Positions 28,611 to 41,885 of a stretch of DNA of 64,000 nucleotides are shown here, piece after piece. A program made the position numbers and the translations under genes. The notes under the pieces are model-generated. The model worked only from the letters and a program-made list of their open reading frames with translations. It searched no databases and was not told where the DNA came from. Each line of letters begins with the position of its first letter. Positions within the stretch are counted from its first letter, which is position 1. Origin of the DNA: Convolutriloba macropyga (lineage: Eukaryota); NCBI RefSeq assembly GCF_964194025.1, contig NC_134470.1, positions 25,916,001 to 25,980,000 of the forward strand. Reading direction: 5' to 3'.

Positions 28611-28959
28611 CTGAAAAAGAAATGGAAAAAAAATCACTTAATCTGAGGCATTATTGATACTCCACACTTCCAATGCTATTTGAGATAGCAGGGATTTGGT
28701 ATAGCCACTGGCTGACAGGTATCCTACAGAGAAAAGGCAAAAAATAATTTTTAAAACCTTTAATTCAGGGAAAGTTTTCCCACAAACAAGTTTAACCGCG
28801 TTTTTGGAAACTCATTAGATAAGTTTCCATCCTTCGTGGCCGCATGGAACATTAATGACCTTGAACACACAACATAACCAACGATAGTTAATTTGGTGAC
28901 TATGATTAACATGTGAAATCGGAAAAAAATAGCATATTCTTGTGACTATCTTTGTTTAC

Positions 28960-29057
28960 TTTGATATCGAAGAAGTTGATTCGTCTGTCCCACCCGACAG
29001 AACACAACAGTTTCACATCTCTTGACATCTTCACATCTGTTATCTGCTTACGATGAC
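28960..29057 (-). CDS. WD40-repeat gene, exon b (GHRKQITDVKMSRDVKLLCSVGWDRRINFFDIK)
   Basis: aag acceptor and gtaaac donor, 98 nt. Phase 1 start joins exon a to rebuild a canonical GH...(W/F)D repeat. Confidence 0.85.
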
Positions 29058-29197
29058 CTTTGAACAGCAAAAATCAATCCCTTCTACTTCATGCTCAATG
29101 GCAACTTACACGTGCTCAACTTTCAAAGCAATCGCGCCTGCAAATTATGAATACCATTTTTCAAGATATGCTATATCCGTGTCTGGTTAATTAGCCC

Positions 29198-29587
29198 TGT
29201 CGTACTTTATTATTTTGCTGTGGTGATTCGCGTTGCGAGTATGCAGACAGAATGTTTATGAGTGATTCGCGGAGCGAGATCTACTTTAACTTTTGTTTCG
29301 CTTACTTGCGGAGCGGGAGAACAAGAGACAGTTTTGCAAACTGAATTGAATTGCATAAATTGAGAGGAATGAATTAAACAGATTGGAGCCACTTGGGCAC
29401 AACGTGAATACGTGATCAGACATGTCTGATCACGAAGCGGGAAACTATCAGACAACGGAATGAAATGATAAGGTAAACAAATTGAACAAATTAATGAAGG
29501 TGAAAGTAATTGAACTAATTTAAGGCATCAAATAAATTTTACTGCAATGATTAAATAAAATGAATAAATATACCATCAGGTATCACA
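29198..29587 (-). repeat. 3' LTR (390 bp)
   Basis: 29321-29587 matches 31614-31880 with only a couple of substitutions. Bounded by TG/CA. Confidence 0.9.
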
Positions 29588-29771
29588 TACCCTTCGCAGC
29601 AGCAAGAAAAATTGTAATATACAATTTTTTAGATATAATTAATAATAACAATATTTACAAATTAATACAAGGTCCCCGGTTAAATAGATAATATCAATAT
29701 ATTTGCTGGTTATCATAACTAAAAATACGATGATTAATACAATATAAAATGTCTTTTCAGTTTTTTGAGTT

Positions 29772-31610
29772 TTACAAGGTCCAATCGTCATTTTCGTAAT
29801 CTTGTTCTTCTGCATCGAGAGCAGTCATAGATCTAGCCAATGTCGGGGTGTCCGTTTCTAGCAAAGGTACATTTCGTACCGCGGGAGGCGAGACAGAACC
29901 AATCTGTGGTGACACGTTTTGCTCTTCCGGTTGTATTTCCAAGATTTGTTGCACCGATTCGACAACGGTGACAGGTGGTGCAAAATTTTCGACATCACCC
30001 GCTCGTCGGGGTCGTTTAGGCGGTGGTAGGATGTCTGATCCTGGAGATGACGTTTCAAAACCGTAATATGACGGGCTTCGCCTATTACGGTCAGAGGATC
30101 GTGTTGAAGATGATGTTGCGGGTGGATCAGTGGGCGCATTTGTAGGCGGTTCGCTGATCTCGAGTGGAGGTTGAGCGTTTCGGATTGCAGCGAAGTTTGG
30201 CAATTTTGGGACGCGCCCCCGCATTGCGCGAGAAATGTTTGAGCGCTGTGAAGAGACTCCGCTGCCTGGCTCTCTCTTCCTATGTTTCATCTTTTTGTCA
30301 CCCTTTTGCTTTCGAGTGAACTCTTTAATATGGCTGTGGATCAGCTCTTCAACGACCTTCTCCCCAGCACGTGGCCCGCGTCTGTCGGCATATACTCTTA
30401 ATGGAGTCTGTCTCTCCTGATGGGTGCCGAATTTGGAATATCGCTATTGCGGACGGTAACAATTTGTTTGCCCGGCTCCCTGATGGTCGATGTAGTCGGG
30501 CTTACTTTTAAGATGTGTGATCCTGGGGCGAGAACTTCATAGAGGCCTTCAAGTTTCTTCTTGGATCGTCTTTTGCCGTTGATTTTTCGAGCCAAGTTTA
30601 GCTCTACGGATCGTTCTTTTAGGGGAATGGGGCGGATTGCTTTTGTTTTTAGAAATCTGGATTCGCCATCCGTGCTCGCCCTCTTTCTTGCGCTCGCTTC
30701 CGTTGTGGCGCGTGTCATGCCCTTTTCAACTTCTATGTCGCTTCTGTATCCACTTATCCATTTGTCATCGGGCAGTATTTCCTCCGGCATCACTGTTTCT
30801 TCGTCTAAATAGTGATTTATGATACCCTTATACGACAAATTCATCAAATTCGGTTAAGTTGCAATCACGCTTAGCGGGGTATTAGGTTTTCCCCCAAAAT
30901 GTGCTTCGAAGGGCGAGATCTTTGTTGTTCTTTGTTTACATATTCGCAATTGGTGAATGATTATCTTTAATGCATGCTTTACATGAAAGGCGTGTGCAGC
31001 TAATTTCTCTTCTTTGATACATGCGAGTCTATTCTTAATTGTTTGAATTAATCGTTCCACTAACCCAATAGCACGGTGATCATTTACAGGCGCTTCAATA
31101 ATATCAATGTGGTTTTTATTGCAAAAAGTCTTTACTTGATGTCCAATTAAACATTTAGCTTGGTCTAAACGGATAGATCTTGGAATTCCGTGAGTTTCGA
31201 TGTACATGTCCAAAAATTTTAGAATATTTGGTCCATTAGCTTTTTCATACATATATGCAGTTGGATATTTAGAAAAACGATTGATTGCTGCCAAAAAATA
31301 TACTTCATTGTTCTTTTCATCAAAAATTGGTCCCCCAAAATCGATTTGAATTTCCTGATTAGGTTCAACACATGGTATATGAGGAGTAACTTGTTTAGCG
31401 GGAATTACGGATTTTAGATTCTTACCAATTACTGTGCACGGTTTGCACTCAGTGGCCTTGACTATTAGCTCCCGATGCATGTAAGGCCACCAGCAATGTG
31501 TTGCCATACAGATCATGCCCCATGTACCTGGATGACTGGCATGAATATCATCTGTGAGTGCTTCGCGAAGTACGTTGGGGATAGCTACCTTCTCGTCTAT
31601 GCATACGCAA
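29772..31610 (-). pseudogene. Gypsy pol remnant: integrase (HHCC zinc finger + DDE core) and low-complexity C-terminal extension, split into three ORFs
   Basis: IHASHPG...ECKPC zinc finger; QIDFGGP, IPRSIRLD and AIGLVERLIQTIK core; SPFEAHFG. Continues in 30398..30847 and 29772..30290 after frame breaks. Confidence 0.9.
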
Positions 31611-31613
31611 GAG

Positions 31614-31880
31614 ACAAGAGACAGTTTTGCAAACTGAATTGAATTGCATAAATTGAGAGGAATGAATTAAACAGATTGGAGCCACTTCGGCACAACGTGA
31701 ATACGTGATCAGACATGTCTGATCACGAAGCGGGAAACTATCAGATAACGGAATGAAATGATAAGGTAAACAAATTGAACAAATTAATGAAGGTGAAAGT
31801 AATTGAACTAATTTAAGGCATCAAATAAATTTTACTGCAATGATTAAATAAAATGAATAAATATACCATCAGGTATCACA
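31614..31880 (-). repeat. 5' LTR, truncated (267 bp retained)
   Basis: Direct repeat of 29321-29587, fused directly to integrase-coding sequence. Confidence 0.9.
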
Positions 31881-32110
31881 AGCCCTGTCAGAATTTCATG
31901 TCCACACTTGCGATACGGAATCTCTTTTTTGAACAATTTCTTATCAAAAAGAACTTGAAAGACGGTTTCAAGAAGATAAATCTTCTTCAAATCAGAATTT
32001 CGACTCAAATTTTGGTCAATCATCTTTGTTTTTCTACGTTCCATTCAATTTTTTTTCGATATTTTGATCGTTTTTATCGAATTGCTCAGCCTCGGTAGAA
32101 TTTCCATCAC

Positions 32111-32357
32111 CTTTAAAAGATTTGACTAGAGTGAGTTGAGGCAGTTGAATGAGGTTTATTGCACGATCATGACCAGCAGAGGCGATCAAAGAGTCGTTCT
32201 CGGAGGAGGCGAGGCAGTTGACCTGTTGACCATCCAGGTGACACTTGAGAGTGGCAACCATAGTGTGAGGTTGCTCCTTTTCAAACATCCTCACCACACC
32301 ATCTGCACAGCCAGTGATCACGTGTGAGCCACTATTAAACACCAGGAGAGCTGTCAC
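32111..32357 (-). CDS. WD40-repeat gene, exon a (VTALLVFNSGSHVITGCADGVVRMF...ASAGHDRAINLI...SFK); TEP1-like WD40 region
   Basis: ttgaag acceptor and gtgatg donor, 247 nt, ending in phase 1. Two WD40 repeats, within ORF 32034..32378. Upstream and downstream exons were not confidently located. Confidence 0.85.
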
Positions 32358-33189
32358 CTTCAAATTACAAATATACAATCATTTTGGCTGATTTGAATTT
32401 TCCATTTTTTGTTTTTTGTTTTCAAAAATTGCTCATTTTAAAACTAAAAATTTAGCAAGAGTTAGTTGTCGCAAAAAAATGATTGAAATTTTAACGAGAA
32501 CGCACAATCTCGAAAATGGTTCATAAAAAAACGTACGCTTAACCGAAAAACTGAGATTGAGTTTTTGGAATTTTTTCAACAGAAATTTAGTCTAGGTGAC
32601 ACTGATAACTGAGCACTAAAATGGTTAAAGAGAGCAAATGAGAACAAATGCAGTCACCTTGTATATGTAATGCAGCGAAGGTGCTAAATGGTTTTGGAAT
32701 ATAACCTAAATGCAACTTTGCTTTTTGTCTAAATCACTGTCTAATTTTGATCTTTTTAGAATAGATGCTAAAATATTGCATTTAGAGACCAGATTCGGAA
32801 AAATTCATGCGTTTTGTTTTTCTCGTTTGGAAAAACATAACGCTGCAAAACATGTAATTCTTCGGTTTCCCATTAGTAGAAAGATCAATTTTGCTGATTG
32901 GATCTTCACCGTTCCGGGGGCACAAACGGCAAATATCCGGGGGGGGGGGGGGGCACAAACGGTAAAGATCTGATCTCTATTTTCAAATCATTCTCAAAGG
33001 AATTTTTAATATCAAGGTAAAAATTTTTTGCTGCCAATCTGAAGTAGATTTACAGCTAGCATAATGTCAAAAAGTTGCTACAGGGCACATTTTTAAAAAA
33101 AAACAGCCTTTATTTTTCGCATTTTTTATTATGTTTGAATTAATTGAGAGTGCAAAACTATCTCGGGTTGAATTTTTCCGCTCAAAGTG

Positions 33190-34020
33190 ACGTAAGAGTG
33201 GGGTTGCAATGGGAGGATTTTTTTTAGGAAAATGCAGCTCAAAACTCTCACATCTTTTTGAGCTGCATTGGGCTTCCAACGGGGGTAAAATGGTGTAAGA
33301 GTGAGGGGATAAAAGACAAATTAACCCCCCACTCTTACATTTTTTGGTCTGTCAAGGGGGTAAAACGATGTAATAGTTCGGGGTAATGGAGAAATTTGTC
33401 CTTTAACCCCTCCCTCTTACACCATTTTAACCCCAATGGAAGCCCAATGCAGCCCAAAAAGACGTAAGAGTTTTAAGCTGCATTTTCCAAAAAAATCCTC
33501 CCTTTGCAGCCCCTTTCTTACATCATTTTACCCCCTTGGCAGCCCAACTCTTACATCATTTTACCCCCTCAAGCTTACATTGTTTTAGCTCCCATAGCTG
33601 AAGACTGCCAGTTTTGCACCCACAACCTCTGTACCCTCATCTGCGTCGCCTTAACCTCCAGACCATCAACGCTTGTCCAATTCTTGATGGTCAATATATA
33701 TGAATAATACTTGTTAGAATTGTCCCCTCTCAACAAATTAGCCCCTCACTCTTACATCTTTTTACCCCCTCAGAACAAATTACCCTCTCACTCTTAAACC
33801 ATTTTACCCCCCTTGGCAACCCAACTCTTACATCATTTTACCCCCTCTGAACAAATTACTCCCTCACTCTTGCACCATTTTACCCCCTTGGCAGCCCAAC
33901 TCTTACATCATTTTACCCCCTCTGAATATATTACCCCCTCACTCTTACATCATTTTCCCCCTTGGCAGCCCAACTCTTACATAATTTTACCCCCTCTGGA
34001 CAATTTACCCCCTCACTCAA
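33190..34020. repeat. C-rich repeat region: inverted ~130-bp arms (33190-33325 vs 33393-33520) plus a ~70-bp tandem array (CTCTTACATCATTTTACCCCC core)
   Basis: Repeated LLHHFTP / SYIILPP in the ORF track reflects the DNA repeat. The arms are reverse complements by eye. Confidence 0.8.
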
Positions 34021-36504
34021 AATGGGAGGACTTTAGGGAGGGCATTCGACCCGGGATTCTTTGTACTAATGAGAAATCGAATAGTTACAAAATGCTTCAA
34101 ATTAATATTTTGTTTTTTATTGTATTTCTTGCTGCTAAACACGCATTCATTTTTTTACAAGATTTGTCGCAATTTATAGACTGATTTCAAAATTATTTGT
34201 GCAAATTTTTGCATTTTTCTGAACGGTTTACGAGTGAACTAACGTCTTAATAAGTTTCAGTCTACAACAGTTTATGCAGGTAACTAAACTTTCCATGAAG
34301 CTGTGCTTTTATCTTTTTGGATCGGTTTAATAAACACAGAAAACTTTGAGGAGAAAAATAGTGAATCGCGATAGAAAATTAGTACTCACGAAAGTTTTGA
34401 GGTGTAAGATTTGTTAAGATTTATATGAATTTATCAGCGAAAAGAGCTTTAAAGAGCAAAAATCACAGAAATATGCTCACGTGATGGGAATGACCCCAAA
34501 AATGATCAAAATTTATGGGTTCAAACTCCGGTGGACTTTTTGCAGCCTCCATTTTGATTTTAAAAAAATGTAATATAATGATAAATTACGACAGCAGTAA
34601 AGAACAAATCATAATTGAAACAGTGCTCAGTTTGCTCAATCCAGTTGAAAATACTGAGCCGATAACAAATAGCTGTAGATGCGATAGAAGTAGATGACAG
34701 AAAAACAAGATTAAAATTTTATACAGAATATGAATGAATTATTAAATAGCCAGCTCAAAAGAACAAAAATAATGCATGCCTGTAGTTGCTGCTTGCACGT
34801 GCGGCCAACTTTGTTTGTGTTGTTCGAAGGCTGGAGGAAATATTCCTGTTGAATCAATGGAATGGAGCGAGGAGTGGATCAAATTCACTTTTGACTAGAC
34901 ATAATATTCTTTGAATATTCTTTTAATCTTATAATTTTACCGATCTGATGGTGAATGAGTTTTTAATATATAGATGCCGTGAAATCATTGAGAAAATCAG
35001 AGTATTCAACAGCAACTCTCTCAAGTAAATTTTAAATTAAAAATTCCATGTCTTCTCTATTTTTTGCTAGTTTAATTTTCATTTTAGTTTCCAGAAAACG
35101 TTTTGTTTGAAACCATTTGTTGCTCTAGAATTTTTCCATTAATTGGTGAGAGATACTATTTCGTTTGAGATGCGTTTTAATCTCTAGCGAACAAGGAAGC
35201 TCGATAATGTGCGTTCGCACATAATATTCCGACACCGATCAAACATATCTCTGACTTAATTGTTGACATATGGAGGAAACTTCTGGATGGAAACACCAAA
35301 AAACACTAAAAACGCCCAAAATACTCTATCTATTAAATTAAAAAACATTTAGTAACAAAATTAAAATAGCGTCAAACAAAACCTATAGAAAACAAATAAT
35401 TTGTGCTCCACGAGAAAGCAGATAGAGCATGTCCTTAATGAGACTAGGTATTACAAGCAAAAGTGTGCAAAGACAATAAAAAGTGCCAAGTGCCACAAAG
35501 ATTGAGCAGTATCAATCACTTACATTTTTTAGAAAAAACTAAAACACCTATTGGCAAAGTCATAAAAAGTCGGTTAAGACATCAAATGAAATTCGACAAT
35601 AATATTTGATTCTCAAGAAAGTGGCCTAGACGTGCCAGTAAAGAGACTATTGATATATTTGAAAACGAATACATTTAAATTCATAAAAAACATTAGCTAT
35701 CAGCAGCAGGCTTTAAAACGGTTCACATATACTTCCACTGGAAGCCTTTGCCATCTTTCTTTAATCAAAATAAGCCACACGAGTACAAATAGAACATTAA
35801 GCACAGGCCAAATCAATAACTCAATTAAAATTGGCAGGAAAACAATTTCCAAACCGATTAAACTGAACTTTGATTAAACAGATTATATATTACGTCTCAT
35901 CTCAAGGTGGATGAGTATTTTCATTATTGTGATAAACTGACAATACGCTAAAATGAAACTCAATTACCGACAGATATCCAAATATCAGATTTGAAAAAAA
36001 ACTTTGGTGTCTCTTGAAAGACGATGTGAGCTGTCACTAAGGCGACTCAGCGGAAAATTAGCAAAAGTAAGAGTAAAAGGTGACAAAGCTCCACATTTCA
36101 CTAAATTTTTGCGGCGAATATATTCAAAGTCATTAGAACCCTTAAATCTCAACTCAAAGTGATAGAAAAGTTTAATTATGATTTTGTCGCAGGATAACTG
36201 GACTTTTGACTAATGTGGAATAGTCAGAAGCGTACAAAAAGAACAACAAATTCCGGCAAATCTCAACAACTTATTAAAGTTTACAAAAATACTTTGTCGA
36301 AGTCATTATAAGCTTGAGTTTTTCTCTAAAAACATAATACAGTTTTATTGGGCTACATTTGTAAATAATTAAACAATGATGTTAATGTTGTCTCGTCTGT
36401 AATGTTACATTTTGCATAAATATCGATTTAATTTATCGGAAAACCGCAAAGTTCTTTTTCACAAAACTCTTTTTTTTACGAAGCGGAGGTAAATATAGCT
36501 CTCG

Positions 36505-39500
36505 TTTGATTGTACACATGTTTTAAGGTCTCTATTACCATGAATTCTGGACAGAAGCTTAAGAGTCGAATTGGAAAACTGATCATATCAAAAAGTCCGA
36601 TGAAGCAGCTCATCAAACCTCCTCTATATTAAAGTAAAACCAGTAACCCTATCGTAACTAATTCTCGCATATTTTAGCAAAATTGTAGAGAAATTAAGAA
36701 AAACTGTTACGGAAAATGTGAACAGAAACAACGGAAATCAGTCAAATGTGCACATAACTTTAAACCTCGAAAACTCCCTGAAAAAACCAGAAAGTTAATC
36801 TGAGCTGAATCTTTGTTTTTGGTCACTTCATATTGATCACTGCTTTCTTTTGTTCGTTTTTGTCTATCATATTTCTCCTTAATTATTCGATGCTTTTCTG
36901 AATTCTCATAATTAATTATCCTAGGCTAGAATCAGTATTTAAGTTAAACTGGCTCTTTTATTCTTAAATTCCGATAGATGAACCTTACTCGGTCCTCGCG
37001 AACGTACTGTAGTAATTATTTACGACACGATTAAGGCTTTTTCCATTCTACTGAGTTTTCAGTTATCGAAATAAATATTACAAAAATCTCAGAGAGCTAT
37101 TGTATGCTGCAAATAATATGAAGAATGAAACTAGGACCTGCTCGAAAACATGACGCATAACGAATTCTCCCTCTGATGTTGTTAATGATTTTTGGCAGGA
37201 ATGATTCTGACTCATTTATTGAAAAAGTTGGAAATTAAAGTCAAAATCGATCATTATCCCGTTGATTTTAAATAAATACCAGAGGAACAATTCGAAAACA
37301 GATTTGATACTAACCTTGTTGTTTAACACTAAACTAAATATAAAGCAATCAAACTGACCAGTTGGTCGTCTAGGTAAAATTCCAGCATAGGTGCCATGGA
37401 GTCAACTTTCAACTTTTGTCATCGAGTTTTACTTTGAACGCAAATTTTTATATCAAACAACAGACTAGCAACTCTATAGCTTGATCACCCAGAGCAATTT
37501 CTACTATATGGAAAACACGGGATCAATATTAAGAAATTGGTACCAACATCATTTGCTTGTGCGTTATCAAAAAATATTTAAATGATTGATAATAGTATAC
37601 AAATTTCCTTTGTTTCAACTACAAAAATTGTTGTGTATGCCATTTTTGTCGAGGCATAATTTGTAAACACGTGATGCGTAAATAAATTGTTTGGAGGGCA
37701 TTAGAACCAAACTTCGTAACTGTCACGTTACTTGCTCTATTGGACGCATTTGACTGTTAGTCTCAAAACTCTTTATTGTATATCTTACAGGGCAGAATAC
37801 TGAGCCCAAAACCTTTTTCAAATAATATATCAACGATCTGAATTGCCGTATGTCTCATTCCCGTAGTGTCGTTCATTATATTAATGATTTGCATATTGAT
37901 ACATTTGCTGTCAGTACCAACTCCAAAACGGCGCTCAACGTCCTTACTCGTGTTTTAGTTTAAAGAAAACAGAAACTTCTTTATCACAAGCTAAAACATA
38001 AACTACTTCAAGTCATTCTATATCAAGCTTTTATTATCTCAACAAATTTTTGAAAGTTATATGTTCATTTACAGGGGGAGTAGGATAATAGGCGAAAGGA
38101 ATTTTTGTAGAAATTAGGAATTAAAGTTTTGAGGAATTTAAACCAATGCCTATTCAAATACTTAAAAGAGGTAAAACAATATAGGATTGATGACATAATG
38201 TGGTCAAATGACTAAAACAATGGTCTTCGTAGAGAAACAGCTAACAAAAAAAATGACCAGAGTGTCAGAATGTAGTTTTCCTACATCTCCCTCAATTTTC
38301 TGCGCTTTTACCATCAAAACTGTTGATGTGTAATGTTGAACTTTCAGATTAACTTTTCTTTCCCTTTTTCTTTTTTAAAATCAAAATCTTTGGCCATGAT
38401 GACACTGACTGAGTAGATTTTAAGAGATGCAAATCATTGACGAAAAAGAAACATTTTGCTTGTATCGCGTTTCCCAATTAAGATATCCTTTAACCATTAA
38501 TTTAGTTTGTCGACCAGCACAAAAAGCGGGAGAATTAAGCATGTTTAAGTCATGTTTTTCGTCAATACCAGAAAAGTAGTCACTTCAGAACAGGTATCCG
38601 CCTTTTCAACACGTTTTCCTTAAATTTTTTCTCCTGAAAGGAAAGTGCAAATAATTTTTTTCATTTTCAAAATAAATTTAAAAAGAAAAAATGATTGGAA
38701 CCTTTTTTGCCTCTCATTGGAGAGACTTTAAATTAAAATACTTTTTTCTCTTTTTAGAGCGGGATAATGTTTATCTTATCTTCGTTTTACCACAACATTG
38801 ATACAACATCAAAATCAAATAAGGCAACTAGCCTTATTTGATACAACGTCAAATAAGGCTAGTTATTCCCTTGAATAAACTCCCTCTTGAAAAATGTTTT
38901 CAATAAGATTAATGATTTAATGATTAAATAAATTAATGTCCTATTTAGCAGCCGTTAGAAGTCTAAAAATATTGTTCCGACCCCACTTGTGGGGGAAGGA
39001 ACTATATACTCAAATGGGTTTTATTGTTCAGACAATTGTGGGGGATCGATATATTCATCGGAGAGGAATGTCAGTGGTATCATTAAAAGCTCAGCTCGTC
39101 CAGAATAGAGTTAGGAATTAAAGAGGTCTTTTTGAATTTCTTGTTTTTCGAGGAGTTATCGGGGTACAATATTTTTCTAAAAGAAATTTCTTTGTGAGTT
39201 TGATTGTACACATGTTTTAAGGTCTCTATTACCATGAATTCTGGACAGAAGCTTAAGAGTCGAATTGGAAAAATGATCATATCAAAAAGTCCGATCAAGC
39301 AGTTCATCAACCCTCCTCTATATTAAAATAAAACCAGTAACCCTATCGTTACTATTTCTCACATATTTTAGCAAAATTGTAGAGAAATTAGGAAAAACTA
39401 TTACGGAAAATGTGAACGAAAACAACGGAAATCAGCCAAATGTGCACATAACTTTAAACCTCGAAAACTCCCTGAAAAAACTTGAAGTTAATCTGAGCTG

Positions 39501-41885
39501 AATCTTTGGTTTTGGTCACTTCATTTTGATCACTGCTTTCTTTTGTTCGTTATTGTCTATCATTTCTCCTTAATTATTCGATGCTTTTCTGAACTCTCAT
39601 AATTAATTATCCTAGGCTAGAATCAGTATTTAACTTAAACTGGCTCTTTTATTCTTAAGTTCCGATAGATGAACCTTACTCGGTCCTCGCGAACGTACTG
39701 TAGTAATTATTTACGACACGATTAAGGCTTTTTCCATTCTACTGAGTTTTTAGTTATCGAAATAAATATTACAAAAATCTCAGAGAGCTATTGTATGCTG
39801 CATATAATATGAAGAATGAAACTAGGACCTGCTCGAAAACATGACGCATAACGAATTCTCCCTCTGATGTTGTTAATGATTTTTGGCAGGAATGATTCTG
39901 ACTCATTTATTGAAAAAGTTGGAAATTAAAGTCAAAATTGATCATTATCCCGTTGATTTTAAATAAATACCAGAGGAACAATTCGAAAACAGATTTGATA
40001 CTAACCTTGTTGTTTAACACTAAACTAAATATAAAGCATTCAAACTGACCAGTTGGTCGTCTAGGTAAAATTCCAGCATAGGTGCCATGGAGTCAACTTT
40101 CAACTTTTATCATCAAGTTTTATTTTGAACGCAAATTTTTAAATCAAACAACAGACTAGCAACTCTATAGCTTGATCACCCAGAGCAATTTCTACTATAT
40201 GGAAAACACGGGATCAATATTAAGAAATTGGTACCAACATCATTTGCTTGTGCGTTATCAAAAAATATTTAAATGATTGATAATAGTATACAAATTTCCC
40301 TCGTTTCAACTACAAAAATTGTTGTGTATGCCATTTTTGTCGAGGCATAATTTGTAAACACGTGATGCATATATAAAGTGTTTGGAGGGCATTAGAACCA
40401 AACTTCGTAACTGTCACGTTACTTGCTCTATTGGACGCATTTGACTGTTAGTCTCAAAACTCTTTATTGTATATATTACAGGGCAGAATACTGAGCCCAA
40501 AACCTTTTTCAAATAATATATCAACGATCTGAATTGCCGTATGTCTCATTCCCGTAGTGTCGTTCATTATATTAATGATTTGCATATTGATACATTTGCT
40601 GTCAGTACCAACTCCAAAACGGCGCTCAACGTCCTTACTCGTGTTTTAGTTTAAAGAAAACAGAAACTTCTTTATCACAAGCTAAAACATAAACTACTTC
40701 AAGTCATTCTATATCAAGCTTTTATTATCTCAACAAATTTTTGAAAGTTATATGTTCATTTACAGGGGGAGTAGGATAATAGGCGAAAGGAATTTTTGTA
40801 GAAATTAGGAATTAAAGTTTTGAGGAATTTAAACCAATGCCTATTCAAATACTTAAAAGAGGTAAAACAATAAAGGATTGATGACATAATGTGGTCAAAT
40901 GACTAAAACAATGGTCTTCGTAGAGAAACAGCTAACAAAGAATGACCAGAGTGTCAGAATGTAGTTTTCCTACATCTCCCTCAATTTTCTGCGCTTTTAC
41001 CATCAAAACTGTTGATGTGTAACGTTGAACTTTCAGATTAACTTTTCTTTCCCTGTTTCTTTTTTAAAATCAAAATCTTTGGCCATGATGACACTGACTG
41101 AGTAGATTTTAGGAGATGCAAATCATTGACGAAAAAGAAACCTTTTGCTTGTATCGCGTTTCCCAATTAAGATATCCTTTAACCATTAATTTAGTTTGTC
41201 GACCAGCACAAAAAGCGGGAGAATTAAGCATGTTCAAGTAATGTTTTTCGTCAATACCAGAAAAGTAGTCACTTCAGAACAGGTATCCGCCTTTTCAACA
41301 CGTTTTCCTTAAATTTTTTCTCCTGAAAGGAAAGTGCAAATAATTTTTTTCATTTTCAAAATAAATTTAAAAGAAAAAATGATTGGAACATTTTTTGCCT
41401 CTCATTGGAGAGACTTTAAATTAAAATACTTTTTCTCTTTTAGAGCGGGATAATGTTTATCTTATCTTCGTTTTACCACAACATTGATACAACATCAAAA
41501 TCAAATAAGGCAACTAGCCTTATTTGATACAACGTCAAATAAGGCTAGTTATTCCCTTGAAGAAACTCCCTCTTGAAAAATGTTTTCAATAAGATTAATG
41601 ATTTAATGATTAAATAAACTAATGTCCTATTTAGGAGCCGTTAGAAGTGTATAAATATTGTTCCGACCCCACTTGTGGGGGAAGGAACTATATACTCAAA
41701 TGGGTTTTTTTGTTCAGACAATTGTGGTGGATCGATATATTCATCGGAGAGGAATGTCAGTGGTATCATTAAAAACTCAGCTCGTCCAGCATAGAGTTAG
41801 GAATTAAAGAGTTTTTTTTAATTTCTTGTTTTTCGAGGAGTTATAGGGGTACAATTTTTTTCTAAAAGAAATTTCTTTGTGAGTT
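36505..41885. repeat. Near-identical tandem duplication, ~2.69-kb unit (36505-39198 and 39199-~41885)
   Basis: TTTGATTGTACACATGTTTTAAGGTCTC at ~36505 and ~39199. Collinear to TTTCTTTGTGAGTTT at ~39195 and ~41880. Confidence 0.95.

Larger units (their letters stand above)
29198..31880 (-). mobile_element. Ty3/Gypsy LTR retrotransposon, internally deleted (integrase and C-terminal Pol only), in the intron between WD40 exons a and b
   Basis: TG...CA termini. 5-bp TSD AGCCC at 29193-29197 and 31881-31885. Full 3' LTR at 29198-29587; near-identical partial 5' LTR at 31614-31880. Purine-rich GCGAAGGGTA precedes the 3' LTR on the minus strand. Confidence 0.93.

Noticed and set aside
28635-29137. 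Extra exon-like segments after AG sites at ~29137, ~28859 and ~28723 within WD40 introns
   Set aside because: They break phase or hit stops, and exons b and c already join cleanly without them.
33575-33690. Possible upstream WD40 exon (GCKTGSLQLWELKQ, followed by gtaagc)
   Set aside because: An in-frame TGA lies just upstream, and I found no convincing acceptor or phase match to exon a.
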